Assembly: GCA_963666565.1 (NCBI GenBank)
Contig: OY762911.1
Coordinates: 1,152,001-1,216,000 of the forward strand
DNA: 64,000 nucleotides
DNA from: Thermoanaerobaculia bacterium
GTDB taxonomy: Bacteria; Acidobacteriota; Thermoanaerobaculia; Multivoradales; Multivoraceae
Direction: 5' to 3'
Below, one piece after another: positions 1 through 10,669 of the stretch. The notes beneath the pieces are model-generated. The model was given only the letters and a program-made list of their open reading frames with translations. It was not told the origin of the DNA and did no database searches. Made by a program: the position numbers and the translations under genes. The first letter of the stretch is position 1. The number at the start of each line of letters is the position of its first letter.

Positions 1-21
1 TCGCGGAGGGGGTGGCGGCAG

Positions 22-1179
22 ATGATCGAAGGGCGGACGGGCGATCGGCGAGAAGCTCCGAAGTGGCGCGGAATCCTGCAGATCGTCGTCATTGCCGCGG
101 TCATCCTGGCGGCGATCCTCCTGGCCCGGGCGCCGCGCCAGGAGTTTCTCGAACTCGATTCGGAAGCGGGTCGACGGGGCGTCGAACCGACGGCCGCGGT
201 GTTGCAGCCTCGAACGACCAGCGCGTCGCACAGCGTGGCGCTGACGGGCACCGTGACCACGCTTGGCAACGTGACCGTGATCCCGGAAGCGTCCGGTGAC
301 GTCGTCTTCGTTTCGGAGAAGTTCCGCACCGGCGGCGCCTTCGCCGCCGACGAGACGCTTGCCCGCATCGATACGACCGATTACGACATCCGCCTTGCAA
401 TGGCGAAGCTGGATCTCAAGTACGCCCAGGCGCACCTCAAGGAAGTGAAGGACCGGTACGGCCGGAGTTCCGAGTACTACGCCACGGCGCCGAACGGAAC
501 GGTGCACCCCTGGCCCGCGCTCGATGGCGAAATCGAGAAGGCCGAGTCCCTGGTCGAAACCGCCAGGCACCGTGTCGCGCTGGCGGAAATCCAGTTGGAC
601 CGGACCCGCATCCGCATGCCGTTCGCCGGCTACGTGCGAGCGACCTCCCTGTCCGTCGGACAGGTGGTCAGTGCGCGGACGTCCAGGCTCGGCGAGGTCT
701 TCGCCAGGAACCGACTGCGGGTACGGGCTCAGATCTCCACGCTCGACCTGGACTCCCTGCGGCCGGCCATCGGACGGACCGCCTCGGTGGTGGCGGACGG
801 ACGCACGTACCGGACCGAGGTCGAGCGGGTCTCCCGGGTCGTGGATCTCGAGACGCGTCTCGCCAGCCTCTACCTGCGGGTTCTCGATCAGACCGGGCAG
901 GCGGTCCTTCCGCGGCCCGGCACGTTCGTCGATGTGACGGTCGAGGGCCCACTTCGCGACGACGTCTTCGTACTGCCGGAGTCGGCCATGCAGCTCAATG
1001 CCAGCGTCTGGCTGGTCGACGACGGCACGCTGGTCTCCTTCGTTCCCGTCTCCCGCGGCTACGCGGACGACGGCTGGATCGTGGACGCCTTCGATGCGAA
1101 GGGCGGCGTGGTGGTCGGAAGCGTCGCGGGCGCGCGAGAGGGTTTGGCGGTCAATCCCGTCCCGGTCGACGTCCCGTGA
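22..1179 (+). CDS. RND efflux periplasmic adaptor (membrane fusion protein)
   Basis: N-terminal TM anchor, lipoyl/hairpin pattern (LARIDTTDY...RTRIRMPFAGYV), directly upstream of two RND permeases. Confidence 0.9.
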   Translation: MIEGRTGDRREAPKWRGILQIVVIAAVILAAILLARAPRQEFLELDSEAGRRGVEPTAAVLQPRTTSASHSVALTGTVTTLGNVTVIPEASGDVVFVSEKFRTGGAFAADETLARIDTTDYDIRLAMAKLDLKYAQAHLKEVKDRYGRSSEYYATAPNGTVHPWPALDGEIEKAESLVETARHRVALAEIQLDRTRIRMPFAGYVRATSLSVGQVVSARTSRLGEVFARNRLRVRAQISTLDLDSLRPAIGRTASVVADGRTYRTEVERVSRVVDLETRLASLYLRVLDQTGQAVLPRPGTFVDVTVEGPLRDDVFVLPESAMQLNASVWLVDDGTLVSFVPVSRGYADDGWIVDAFDAKGGVVVGSVAGAREGLAVNPVPVDVP

Positions 1180-1227
1180 GGCGCACCCCGGCGGCAGGGC
1201 AGGCGTCGGGCGAGCGATATCGCGCTC

Positions 1228-4200
1228 ATGGCTGAACCCGGCGAGGTCGGCGACGCCGCGCAAACGCGCCGGGGCCCGGTCGCCTGGTTTGGCCGCAATC
1301 CGGTCGCCGCCTACGTCCTCCTTTTCCTGGTGTTCGTGAGCGGACTCCTGGCGTTCAACCTGGTACCCGTCGAGACGTTTCCGAAGTACGACCCGGGGGT
1401 GATCCGCGTCGTCGTGCCCTATCCGGGCGCGACGCCGACCGAGGTCGAAGAGGACATCGTCAAGCGCATCGAAGAGAGCCTGGTCGGAGAGATCGGCATC
1501 TCCCGCTTCGTCTCGTCGTCGCGGCACGCGCTCGCCGTCGTCGACGCCGAAATCGACGACTACGCCGATCCGGTAGACGTGATCAACAACGTGCGTACCG
1601 CCGTCGAGCGAATCGAGGATTTCCCGCCGGGAAACGCCGACCAGCCCGAGGTCACCCGGGTCGAAGTCACCCGGAACCTGCTGACCCTCGCCGTCAGTTC
1701 CGACGTCCTTGGCGCGTACGACCTGCGCCGGGCGGCGGAGTCCCTGCGGGACAGCCTGCTGCTGCTGCCCGGAGTCGCGATCGTCGAACTGTTCGGCACG
1801 ATCGACCAGGAGATAAAGGTCGAGGTCAGCGAGGAGACGCTGCGCCGCTACGGGCTGACGTTCCAGGATCTGGTCCAGGTCATCCGCACGACCTCGGTGA
1901 ACATCACGGGCGGCGAACTGCACACCGATACCGGTGAGATCGTCATGAGCACGCTGGCCAAACGGGGTCGTGCGGACGAGTTCGCCGACGTCGTGGTGAT
2001 CGCGAGGCCCGACGGATCGCTGGTGCGCCTGGGCGAGATCGCGGAGCTCCGGGACGGCCTGCTGGAACAGGACGTCCGGACGACCCTGGACGGCAGTCCG
2101 GCCGTGCTGGTGCAGGTGAAGGCGGCGCCCGGACTCTCGCCCCGGGAGGCGAGCGGCCAGGTGCGCGGATTTCTCGAAGGCTGGCAGCCCCCGGAAGGCA
2201 CACGGCTCCAGGTGTGGGAAGACGAGTCGTGGGCCGTGGCGGACAGCCTCAATCTCGTCGTCCAGAACGGCGTCTACGGTCTCGTGCTCGTCTTTCTGAC
2301 GCTGATGCTGGTCTTCGACGTGCGGACCGCCGCCTGGGTGACGGTCGGCGTTCCGGTGGTGTTCGTCGGCGCCCTGATCTTCTTCCCCGTCTTCGGACTC
2401 TCCATCAACGTCATCACCCTGTTCGCCTTCTTCATCCTGATCGCGCTCGTGGTCGACGACTCGATCGTCGCCGCGGAGAGCATGGCGGCGGCCCGCACCC
2501 AGGGGCTCGGCCATGTCGAAGCGTCGATCGTCGGTACCCGGCGGGTGCTCGGCCCCCTCGCGGTCGCGGCGCTGACGACCGTGGCGGCGTTCGCCGCGCT
2601 GCTGCCCCTTGGCGGCGTCATCGGGCAGATGTTCGCTCCGATTCCCATCGTGGTGGGCGTCGTCATGCTGCTGTCCCTGCTCGACACGGCCCTGGTGCTG
2701 CCCGGGCATCTGGCGAAGGGCTCGGGCCCGAAGACCTGGCCCCTGTCGGTGATTCAGGACAGGCTCCGCGCGTCGATGGACGGTTCGATCGAGTCGAGCA
2801 TCGTGCCGTTGATCACCTGGTCGGTGCGGCGACCCTTCTGGCCGCCCGTCATTGTCGCGGCGGCTCTCGTCCTTGCGGCGTGCGCGCTGCTGGTCGGATG
2901 GGTGCCGTGGAGCCCCAGTCTCAGCATCGCGGACGATCAGCACATCCAGGCGGACCTCGTGCTGCCGGTCGGTGCGCCCCTCGACGACGTGGTGGCGGCA
3001 ACCGATCGCATGGTCGATGCCGCAATGCAGCTCGACGAGGAACTCGGCGGCACCGTCATCAGCGGCAGGGTGGCGGTCGTCGGCCGGCGCCTGCCGCTGG
3101 CGACCTATGCCGGCGGCGACCCCGGGCGCTATCGGCCCAACGTCGCCTCGGTTCAGTTGAAGCTGCATCGGGACTCGGACCGCACGGTCACCAAGGACGA
3201 GTTCCGATTCGGCTGGCAGCGCAGGCTGGCCGACCTTCCGGTGACCTTCCCGACCCGCCGCAGCCGTCCGACGGGAGCGGTCTCGTACGCGCTGATGCAC
3301 CCGGAGGACCGCGTGCTGCGCGAGGCGGCGGGTTCGCTGCGCGACGACTGGTCGCGCACGGCCGGCGTTGCGTCCGTGGACGATACGCTGGACAAGGGCA
3401 ACCGCCGGCTCGAGGTGACCCTGAACGCGGCCGGCCATGCGGCGGGTCTCACGCCGGCGATCGTCGCCACCCAACTGCGGGATGCGTTCTACGGCGCGGA
3501 GGCGCAACGGATCCAGCGGGGCCGCGAGGAAGTGCTGGTGATGGTGCGCTATCCGAGCGATCGCCGCAGCAGCTACGCCGAACTGCTGAACGAGCGCATC
3601 CGTCTCCCGGGCAGCCGTGCTCAGGCGCCGCTTTACACGGTGGCCCGGATAGGCGAAACCGAGAGCCAGGCCAACCGGCTCCGCATCGACGGCCGCGCCG
3701 CGGCCGTCGTGACGGCGAATCTCGACATCGACGCGGCGCTCTCCGGCGACGTCGCCGAACGCGCGGAGAACGAGCTGGTTCCACAGCTCAAGGCGCGCTA
3801 CGAGGGCCTGGAGGTACGCAAGCATGGCGGGTCGCGGGACGTCGAACGCCTCGGCGACACGCTGCTGGTCTCGGCGCTGATCGCCCTGTTGGCGATCTAC
3901 TGTCTGGTCGCGTCGTTCCTGCGCAGCTTCATCCAGCCGGCGCTGGTGCTTGCCGGCATCCCCGTCGCGTTCGTCGGCGCCGCGGCCGGCCACTGGTTGC
4001 TGGGTTACGAGTTCACGATCACGTCCCTGTTCGGCCTGATCGCCGTGTCCGGCGTGGTGGTCAACGACACGATCCTGCTGATGCACCGATACAACGCCAT
4101 CCGGGCCGAACTCCCCGACGTGCCCGAGATCGCGGCGATCTCGGCGGCTGCCCGGCAGCGCGCCCGGGCGATTCTCCTGACGTCCTTCACGACGGTGATC

Positions 4201-4392
4201 GGCCTGCTTCCGATCCTGTTCAGCCGCGCCGAAGCGATCCAGTTCCTGATTCCGCTCGTGGTCAGCCTGACCTTCGGCCTGGTGTTCGCCGGCGTCGGCC
4301 TGCTGTTCCTGCTGCCGTCGGTCCTCATGATCGTCGAGCTGGCCAAGGTCCGACTGCACGCGACGCGGGCCGCGCTGGGGATGCGCGCATGA
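1228..4392 (+). CDS. RND efflux permease (AcrB/AcrD/AcrF family)
   Basis: 1054 aa; YPGATPTEVEE..I, TM4 VVDDSIV, TM10 GVVVND, RARAILLTS. Confidence 0.93.
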   Translation: MAEPGEVGDAAQTRRGPVAWFGRNPVAAYVLLFLVFVSGLLAFNLVPVETFPKYDPGVIRVVVPYPGATPTEVEEDIVKRIEESLVGEIGISRFVSSSRHALAVVDAEIDDYADPVDVINNVRTAVERIEDFPPGNADQPEVTRVEVTRNLLTLAVSSDVLGAYDLRRAAESLRDSLLLLPGVAIVELFGTIDQEIKVEVSEETLRRYGLTFQDLVQVIRTTSVNITGGELHTDTGEIVMSTLAKRGRADEFADVVVIARPDGSLVRLGEIAELRDGLLEQDVRTTLDGSPAVLVQVKAAPGLSPREASGQVRGFLEGWQPPEGTRLQVWEDESWAVADSLNLVVQNGVYGLVLVFLTLMLVFDVRTAAWVTVGVPVVFVGALIFFPVFGLSINVITLFAFFILIALVVDDSIVAAESMAAARTQGLGHVEASIVGTRRVLGPLAVAALTTVAAFAALLPLGGVIGQMFAPIPIVVGVVMLLSLLDTALVLPGHLAKGSGPKTWPLSVIQDRLRASMDGSIESSIVPLITWSVRRPFWPPVIVAAALVLAACALLVGWVPWSPSLSIADDQHIQADLVLPVGAPLDDVVAATDRMVDAAMQLDEELGGTVISGRVAVVGRRLPLATYAGGDPGRYRPNVASVQLKLHRDSDRTVTKDEFRFGWQRRLADLPVTFPTRRSRPTGAVSYALMHPEDRVLREAAGSLRDDWSRTAGVASVDDTLDKGNRRLEVTLNAAGHAAGLTPAIVATQLRDAFYGAEAQRIQRGREEVLVMVRYPSDRRSSYAELLNERIRLPGSRAQAPLYTVARIGETESQANRLRIDGRAAAVVTANLDIDAALSGDVAERAENELVPQLKARYEGLEVRKHGGSRDVERLGDTLLVSALIALLAIYCLVASFLRSFIQPALVLAGIPVAFVGAAAGHWLLGYEFTITSLFGLIAVSGVVVNDTILLMHRYNAIRAELPDVPEIAAISAAARQRARAILLTSFTTVIGLLPILFSRAEAIQFLIPLVVSLTFGLVFAGVGLLFLLPSVLMIVELAKVRLHATRAALGMRA

Positions 4393-4413
4393 AAGTCGCG
4401 GCGCCGGCCGCCC

Positions 4414-7400
4414 ATGGGGTTGGACATGCCTGACGGCGCGCGGCCGCGATCCGTCTTCGAGTACATGGCGAACAACCGCATCGCCGTCATGCTCGGGACG
4501 GCCGGGCTCCTCGCGCTCGGCCTGATCGCACTCGCCAACACGACGGTGGAGCGCTATCCCGCAATGGATCTGCGCAGGATCACGATCACGGTGCCGTACG
4601 ACGGCGCGACGCCCCGGGAAGTGGAGGAGGACATCCTCCGGCGCATCGAAGAGAGCCTCGCTTCGCTCGACGGCGTGGACCGGATCACCGCCAACGCCTG
4701 GGAAGGCAAGGGGGAGGTGATCGTCGAGTTCAAGCAGTGGCAGGACACGGTCGCCAAGCTTGACGTCGTGAGGACCGCGGTGGAGGGAATCGAGGACTTC
4801 CCGCCGCCGGGAGCGGATGAACCCGAGATCGTCCGCCACGAGATTCTCCGCGGCGCCCTGTCTCTCGTGCTGACGTCCGCCACGGCCAGCGAGCACGAAC
4901 TCACGCTGGCGGCGGAGGAGCTGCGCGAGCAGCTCCTCTTCCTGCCGAAGGTGGCGGTCGTCGACCTGTACGGCGCACGCGAGCGCCAGATCCAGATCGA
5001 CCTCGACGAGACCCGGTTGCAAAGCCATCGCCTGACAGTCGATGACGTGATCGGCCGCATCCGGAACTCGTCGATCAACCTGTCCGGCGGAGAACTGGAC
5101 GCCGGGGCCGGCCCGCTGGTGTTGAGCGTGCTGCAGAAGCGCAACAGCGGACCCGAGTTCGCCGACATCGTCATCCTGAGCAAGCCCGACGGATCGATCG
5201 TGCGGCTCGGCGACATCGGCGCCATCCGCGACGGCTTCGTCGACGATCCCCTCGTCAACACCGTCGATGGCGTGCCGGCGGTCTTCGTCGAGATCAGCGC
5301 GCCCAAGGGCGTGGATCCGCAAGAAGTTCGCGACGAAGTCGACGCCTACCTGTCCGCCAACGATCCGCCCGCCGGCATGAAGCTGGACCGCTGGATGGAC
5401 CGGGTGTTTTCCGTCAAGAAGCCGCTCCTGTCCGTCGCCGACAGCGCGCTCGTGGGCGCGGCGCTGGTGTTCGTCGTCCTCGTGCTGCTCCTCGACCTGC
5501 GATTCGGCCTCTGGGTGGCCGTCGGGGTCCCGACCGCCATCGTGGGTTCCTTCGCCGCCCTCCATCTCCTGGACGCAACCTTGAACATCATGGCCGTCAT
5601 CGGTTTCGCCGTGGTGGTGGGCATCGTGGTGGACGATGCGCTCGTGGTCGCCGAGAACATCGAGCGCCACCGCAAGGCGGGGGCGCCGCCGCTCGAGGCA
5701 TCGGTGCGGGGCGCGCGCGAGGTCATGGCGCCCGTCACGGTCGGCGTGCTGACCACCCTGTTCATGTTTGCCGCGCTGCTTCCCCTGGACGGCGTCCTCG
5801 GCATGATGTTCAGTTCGATGGCCGTCGTGGTCATCGTCGTGCTGCTCTTCTCGCTCCTGGACGCCTTCTTCCTGCTCCCGGCGCACGTCTCCGGCACGGG
5901 AGAGATCGGTGGCTGGCCCCTGCGCGTCTGGCAGCGAGCGGCGAGACGCCGATTCGAGGGGTTCATCGACCGCCGCGTGGGGGCGACGATCCGGTTCTCG
6001 CTCCGGTATCCGTGGACGTCGACCGTCGCCTTCGCGGCGCTCGTCGGCATGGCCGTCTGGCTGCTGGCCGTCGATGTCATCCGCTTCAACACCACCGGCA
6101 ATCGACTCGACGAGCAACAGCTTCAGATCGACCTGACCATGGCGGCCGGGTCGACGTTCCCCGAGACCGTACGGGCGGTGGAAGGCATCGCGGCGGCCGC
6201 CGCCGCGGCCAACACCGCCACGGGCGGCACGGCCGTCAACGCCGTCAACGTCCTCGTTGGCCAGCACAAGTCGATGGAGACGGCGGCTGGCGCGAATCAG
6301 GTCGAGCCGGGGCCGCAACTCGCCTCCGTCCAGTTGCGGCTGAACACCTATCCGGAGCGCGAAGTGTCGGTGGCCGAGCTCCGCAAGGTCTGGGTGGAGA
6401 CGATCGGCACGGTGCAGGGCGCGGAGACGATCGCGTTCCCGCAGGCGACCGGCTACACCTCGGCCGGCGTCGGCTTCGTCCTCCTGCATCCGGACGAGGA
6501 CGCCCTGATGGCGGCCGCGACGGAACTCAAGCGCAGGATGGCCGCTCATCGACCGATCTACCAGGTCGACGACACGCTTGAGCTCGGCAGCCGGCGCTAC
6601 GAAGTCGAACTGACGGACGCGGCACGCGCTTCGGGGCTCACCGCCGCATCCGTCGCGGCGCAGCTGCGCAACCGGTTCTATGGCGCCGAGGCCCATCGCG
6701 TCGTCAGGAACCAGGAGGAACTGGAAGTCGTGGTGCGCTATCCGATGGAACGGCGCAGGCGGCGGGCGGACCTGGACGACGAACTGATCCGCCTGCCCAA
6801 CGGCGAACTCGGTTCCTTCGCCAGTCAGGCGCGCCTCGTCGAGAGCCAGGAGCTGGCCCAGCGCCAGCGCATCGACGGCCTGCCCGCGGTGACGATGAAC
6901 GCTCTCTACAACGTGACGGCGACGAGTTCCAGAGAGCTCCGGGCTCTCGTGCTGGGCGAGTGGATCGCCGACCTGTCGGTCCGGTATCCCGGACTTCGCT
7001 ACCTGCCGGACGGATCGTCCCGCGACACGGCGAAGATCGCCCGCATGCTCGGCATCAGCTTCCCCGCGGCGCTCCTGGCCATGTTCGTCCTCATGGCCAT
7101 TCAGCTCCGGAGCATCGTCCAGCCGCTCTACGTGCTGGTGGGACTCCCGTTGACGGTGGCGGGCGCTCTCTATCTTCATCTCGCTCTCGGCTACGACGTC
7201 GGTCTGGCGTCGGTCTTCGGGATGGTCGCGGCGACAGGCGTCGTGGTCAACGACGCACTGGTGCTGCTCGACATGCACAACCGAATCCGGCTGGACGAAC
7301 CGGGCGTGACGGTCAGGAAGGCCGTGACGCGAGCCGCCCTCCTCCGCGCGCGACCGATCGTCCTGACGACCGTCACCACCGTCGTCGGACTCATGCCGCT

Positions 7401-7620
7401 CCTGTACAACAGGGCCGAATCCGTCGAACCGTTCCTGACCGTGATCGTGAGCCTGGTCGGCGGCCTCTCGCTGGCCGGCGTTGGGCTGCTGGTGTTCCTG
7501 CCGGCCATCATGGTGTTGGTCGAACGCGGCGCCGGCGTCGCCTCGCGGTGGCGTAGGGCCTTGGCGGAACGCTCCGGCGCGCTCCCGGCGGGGACCGGCC
7601 GGGAAAAGCTCGAGGCGTAG
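4414..7620 (+). CDS. Second RND efflux permease (AcrB family paralog)
   Basis: 1068 aa; GATPREVEE, GIVVDDALV, GVVVND, RARPIVLTT; colinear with the upstream permease. Confidence 0.93.
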   Translation: MGLDMPDGARPRSVFEYMANNRIAVMLGTAGLLALGLIALANTTVERYPAMDLRRITITVPYDGATPREVEEDILRRIEESLASLDGVDRITANAWEGKGEVIVEFKQWQDTVAKLDVVRTAVEGIEDFPPPGADEPEIVRHEILRGALSLVLTSATASEHELTLAAEELREQLLFLPKVAVVDLYGARERQIQIDLDETRLQSHRLTVDDVIGRIRNSSINLSGGELDAGAGPLVLSVLQKRNSGPEFADIVILSKPDGSIVRLGDIGAIRDGFVDDPLVNTVDGVPAVFVEISAPKGVDPQEVRDEVDAYLSANDPPAGMKLDRWMDRVFSVKKPLLSVADSALVGAALVFVVLVLLLDLRFGLWVAVGVPTAIVGSFAALHLLDATLNIMAVIGFAVVVGIVVDDALVVAENIERHRKAGAPPLEASVRGAREVMAPVTVGVLTTLFMFAALLPLDGVLGMMFSSMAVVVIVVLLFSLLDAFFLLPAHVSGTGEIGGWPLRVWQRAARRRFEGFIDRRVGATIRFSLRYPWTSTVAFAALVGMAVWLLAVDVIRFNTTGNRLDEQQLQIDLTMAAGSTFPETVRAVEGIAAAAAAANTATGGTAVNAVNVLVGQHKSMETAAGANQVEPGPQLASVQLRLNTYPEREVSVAELRKVWVETIGTVQGAETIAFPQATGYTSAGVGFVLLHPDEDALMAAATELKRRMAAHRPIYQVDDTLELGSRRYEVELTDAARASGLTAASVAAQLRNRFYGAEAHRVVRNQEELEVVVRYPMERRRRRADLDDELIRLPNGELGSFASQARLVESQELAQRQRIDGLPAVTMNALYNVTATSSRELRALVLGEWIADLSVRYPGLRYLPDGSSRDTAKIARMLGISFPAALLAMFVLMAIQLRSIVQPLYVLVGLPLTVAGALYLHLALGYDVGLASVFGMVAATGVVVNDALVLLDMHNRIRLDEPGVTVRKAVTRAALLRARPIVLTTVTTVVGLMPLLYNRAESVEPFLTVIVSLVGGLSLAGVGLLVFLPAIMVLVERGAGVASRWRRALAERSGALPAGTGREKLEA

Positions 7621-7632
7621 CGGGACTGAGAA

Positions 7633-7678
7633 CTGGGTGCGCGGGTCTTCCGACCCGCTTGCCGCCGAAGGCGGCCAG
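7633..7678 (+). repeat. REP-like palindromic repeat (CTGGGTGC-GCGGGTC ttcc GACCCGC plus GCCGCC-gaa-GGCGGC hairpin)
   Basis: Same sequence recurs in many intergenic sites of the window. Confidence 0.85.
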
Positions 7679-7715
7679 ACAGACGCGCCGCGCAGCGGCG
7701 ACCATACTCCCTCCC

Positions 7716-7733
7716 CGCTGCTACACTCCCGCG
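7716..7733 (+). promoter_or_regulatory. Extended -10 (TGCTACACT) plus GC-rich discriminator of the tRNA-Ser promoter
   Basis: cgctgctacactcccgcg; 17/18 identical to the sequence upstream of tRNA-Gln (21442-21459). Confidence 0.6.
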
Positions 7734-7737
7734 TCCG

Positions 7738-7829
<92 letters not shown>

Positions 7830-7867
7830 CGAGACACGTCGCCGCTACCCGTCAGGATGCCCAAACG

Positions 7868-8755
7868 ATGAAACCGCGGTGGTTGTGGGCCCTGTTGCTG
7901 GTTGCCGTTCCGGCGGCGGCGCAAGACTCGGACCGGGGCTTCTACCTGGGCTTCGGCGCCGGCGTTTCGCGGGCGGACGCCCTCGACGTGCCCGGCTGGG
8001 GCGTCGACCAGGGTACGCGCTGCGACGTTCAGCAGGAGCAGGGGGTGGTGGATCCGACCTGTTCGGACGGCACGCCGAGCATCATCGGCGTGACCGCCTT
8101 CGACGCGGCTTCGGGAACCGCGGCCGGCCTGCGGCTGGGCTACGACTTCGGACGCTACCGGCTGGAACTCGAGCGGCAGCTTCGTCACGGCGCCGAGCGG
8201 TCGGGCGACCCGCTCGGCGTGTCGCAGGACGCCGGGCTGGCGAGCAAGGCTTCGGAATGGAGCGCCTCGATGCCGCCGGCGGCGCTGTCCGGATTCCGCG
8301 GCGAGGAGTACTTCCTGACCGTGTTGCGGGAGTGGCGCGCGGGCGAACGCTGGACGCCGTACGTGGGCCTGGGCGCGGGCTGGGCCCGCGTCCGTGTCCG
8401 CTACGCGATGACGTTCATCCGCAAGACGCTGGCGGAGGGCTACCAGGACGTGGAGCCGCCCCTGACGCTGGAGGACCGCCCGGCCGAGGCGGCGGGCACC
8501 GTCAGCGTCTTCGACCAGACGTTCCGCGGCGACGTGTTCGGCTGGCAGGCGGTCGTGGGCGCCGAGTACGCGCTGACGGAACGGACCGGACTGCGCTTCG
8601 GCCTGCGCCGGGCGGACTTCCGGGATCTCGCCCGCACCGGGCAGTGGGCGTCGGTCCGCAGCCTGAAGCCGGTCGGCGACGCTGGCGACATGCCGGTGGA
8701 GTTTCGCGGCCTCGGCTACGCGGCGCTGGAAGTCGGCCTGACGCACCGCTTCTGA
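7868..8755 (+). CDS. Outer-membrane beta-barrel protein (OmpA-like/opacity-type), copy 1
   Basis: Signal peptide MKPRWLWALLLVAVPAAA; GFYLGFGAG, GYDFGRYRLELE, TPYVGLGAG, C-terminal Phe; start moved to ATG 7868. Confidence 0.8.
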   Translation: MKPRWLWALLLVAVPAAAQDSDRGFYLGFGAGVSRADALDVPGWGVDQGTRCDVQQEQGVVDPTCSDGTPSIIGVTAFDAASGTAAGLRLGYDFGRYRLELERQLRHGAERSGDPLGVSQDAGLASKASEWSASMPPAALSGFRGEEYFLTVLREWRAGERWTPYVGLGAGWARVRVRYAMTFIRKTLAEGYQDVEPPLTLEDRPAEAAGTVSVFDQTFRGDVFGWQAVVGAEYALTERTGLRFGLRRADFRDLARTGQWASVRSLKPVGDAGDMPVEFRGLGYAALEVGLTHRF

Positions 8756-8984
8756 GGCAGCGCCGCGCCTGCACGGCCCTGTCGCGCAGGGAACCGAGCC
8801 GCACACCGGGTGGTTCCCCCAGGCTTGCCGCGCCGACTGAAGCGGGTGTTTCCGCGGCCAGGCCGGCACGAACGCGTTCCAGGTCTGGGAGCCTGCGCCG
8901 CGGAATGCAGCGAAGCGAGTCCAGCGCCGCCGGGTCGGCCGCCGCCAACGGGTATCGTGGGGCCCTGGAAGGCGAGGGCGGCAG

Positions 8985-10565
8985 TTGACGAACGACAGAC
9001 CAGGCGCCGCCGCGCGACCGTCCGCGCCCAGCGGGAAGTACGACGTGTTGATCGTCGGCTGCGGGCCCACGGGCGCCACGCTGGCGAACCTGCTGCGCGC
9101 GCACGGCCGTTCGGTGGCCATCTTCGACCGCGAGCCGGACGTCTATCCCACCCCCCGGGCGATGGTCCTCGATCCGGAAAGCTGCCGTGTCTACACTTCG
9201 ATGGGGATTCTCCAGCGGCTCGTCCCGGACGACGCCTCGCCCTACGCGCGAAACGTGTTCGTCGATGGGAAACGACGGGTACTGATGACTCTGGACTTCC
9301 TGCGCGCTCCGGCCCGGCTCGGGTTCCCGATGGGCGGCCTGATCTTCCACCAGCCCGCGCTCGACCGGCTGCTCCGCGAGGACTTCGCTGAGGGTGTCGG
9401 CGTCGACGCGTTCCTCGGCTACGAGGTGAGCGAGGTCGACGGTTCGGGCGAGGCCGCGAGAGTGGTGGCGACTGACCGCAAGACCGGCGAGCGCCGCGAA
9501 TTCGCGGGGCGCTACATCGTCGGAGCGGACGGCGGCGGCAGTTTCTGCCGCGCCGCGGTCGGGTCGGAGCGTGTCGACTTCGGCTACCGGCGCCAGTGGA
9601 TCGTCGTCGACCTGGTCGTACACGACCGGCAGCTCTTCGACTCCCTCCCGGACGGCTCCGAGATCCGGTGCCGGCCGAACCGCTCCGTGGTGTACTTCAA
9701 GGGGCACCACGGCCATGTCCGTTTCGACTTCGAAGCCGGGGAGGAGCTCGCTCGGAGCTTCAGCCACGAGGAGGCGCTCCAGGCCGTCTCCGAGTACTTC
9801 GACCCTTCCTCGTGCGAGATCCTCCGCCTTCAGCCGTTCCTGTTCCACGGCTCGATGCCGAAGGAGTGGCGGGCCGGCCGGCTGCTGCTGGCCGGAGACG
9901 CCGCCCACCAGTCGCCGCCGTTCTCCGGCCAGGGTCTGAACATGGGCATCCGCGACGCCGTCAACCTGGCCTTCAAGTTCGAACTCCTGTTCCGGGGCCT
10001 CGCCGGACCGTCGCTTCTCGACACGTACCGGGAAGAGCGCTGGGACCACTGCGCGCGCCTGACCGAAGGCGCGTCCGAGCGGGGCAGGATGATCAGCGCC
10101 TCGACTCCGCTCGCGATCGCCCGCCGCAACTACTCTTTCTTCCTGGGCCGCAGGAAGAGAAGGACCGGCTTCGCCCGGATGCGGCGCATGACCAACCGGC
10201 AGCCCTACCAGCGGGGGTTGCTCGGAGGTTCGGAGGCCGCGGGAGCGCGCATGATCAGGCCGCGCGTGACGACCGCTGCCGGCGAGGCCTGGCTCGACGA
10301 CCTGCTGGGTTCCGGGTTCTCCCTCGTCGCGGACTCGCCGACGGCCGGCGCCGACATCGACTGGTTCACGGACACCCTCGGCGGCGTCGTCCTCGAGATC
10401 GGCCGCGACCTGTCGGACGCGAACGGCGAACTCGCCCGCTGGCTCGGCCGCGACGAGGCGTCCAGCGTCCTGATCCGGCCCGACCGCTACGTCTTCGCTA
10501 CCGGCGACGACGGTGCCAGTCTTTGCCGGTCGCTCAGGGAGAAGCTCGAGGCGTTCCAGGACTGA
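8985..10565 (+). CDS. FAD-dependent aromatic monooxygenase (MhpA-like)
   Basis: GCGPTG Rossmann motif, VGADG, LAGDAAHQSPPFSGQGLNMGIRD, C-terminal IRPDRYV. Confidence 0.88.
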   Translation: MTNDRPGAAARPSAPSGKYDVLIVGCGPTGATLANLLRAHGRSVAIFDREPDVYPTPRAMVLDPESCRVYTSMGILQRLVPDDASPYARNVFVDGKRRVLMTLDFLRAPARLGFPMGGLIFHQPALDRLLREDFAEGVGVDAFLGYEVSEVDGSGEAARVVATDRKTGERREFAGRYIVGADGGGSFCRAAVGSERVDFGYRRQWIVVDLVVHDRQLFDSLPDGSEIRCRPNRSVVYFKGHHGHVRFDFEAGEELARSFSHEEALQAVSEYFDPSSCEILRLQPFLFHGSMPKEWRAGRLLLAGDAAHQSPPFSGQGLNMGIRDAVNLAFKFELLFRGLAGPSLLDTYREERWDHCARLTEGASERGRMISASTPLAIARRNYSFFLGRRKRRTGFARMRRMTNRQPYQRGLLGGSEAAGARMIRPRVTTAAGEAWLDDLLGSGFSLVADSPTAGADIDWFTDTLGGVVLEIGRDLSDANGELARWLGRDEASSVLIRPDRYVFATGDDGASLCRSLREKLEAFQD

Positions 10566-10669
10566 GACCCGAGCGGCCGGCGCCCAGGGACTCGCGCCGG
10601 CCGGCAGGTCGGCTCCGCTCTGGCGGCCCCTCCAGTGGTCAGCCGCGCCGCGGAAGACCGCGCAGCGAA

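Noticed and set aside
2214-4433. 739-aa Arg/Gly-rich alternative-frame ORF and similar ones
   Set aside because: Composition typical of off-frame GC-rich sequence inside the RND gene
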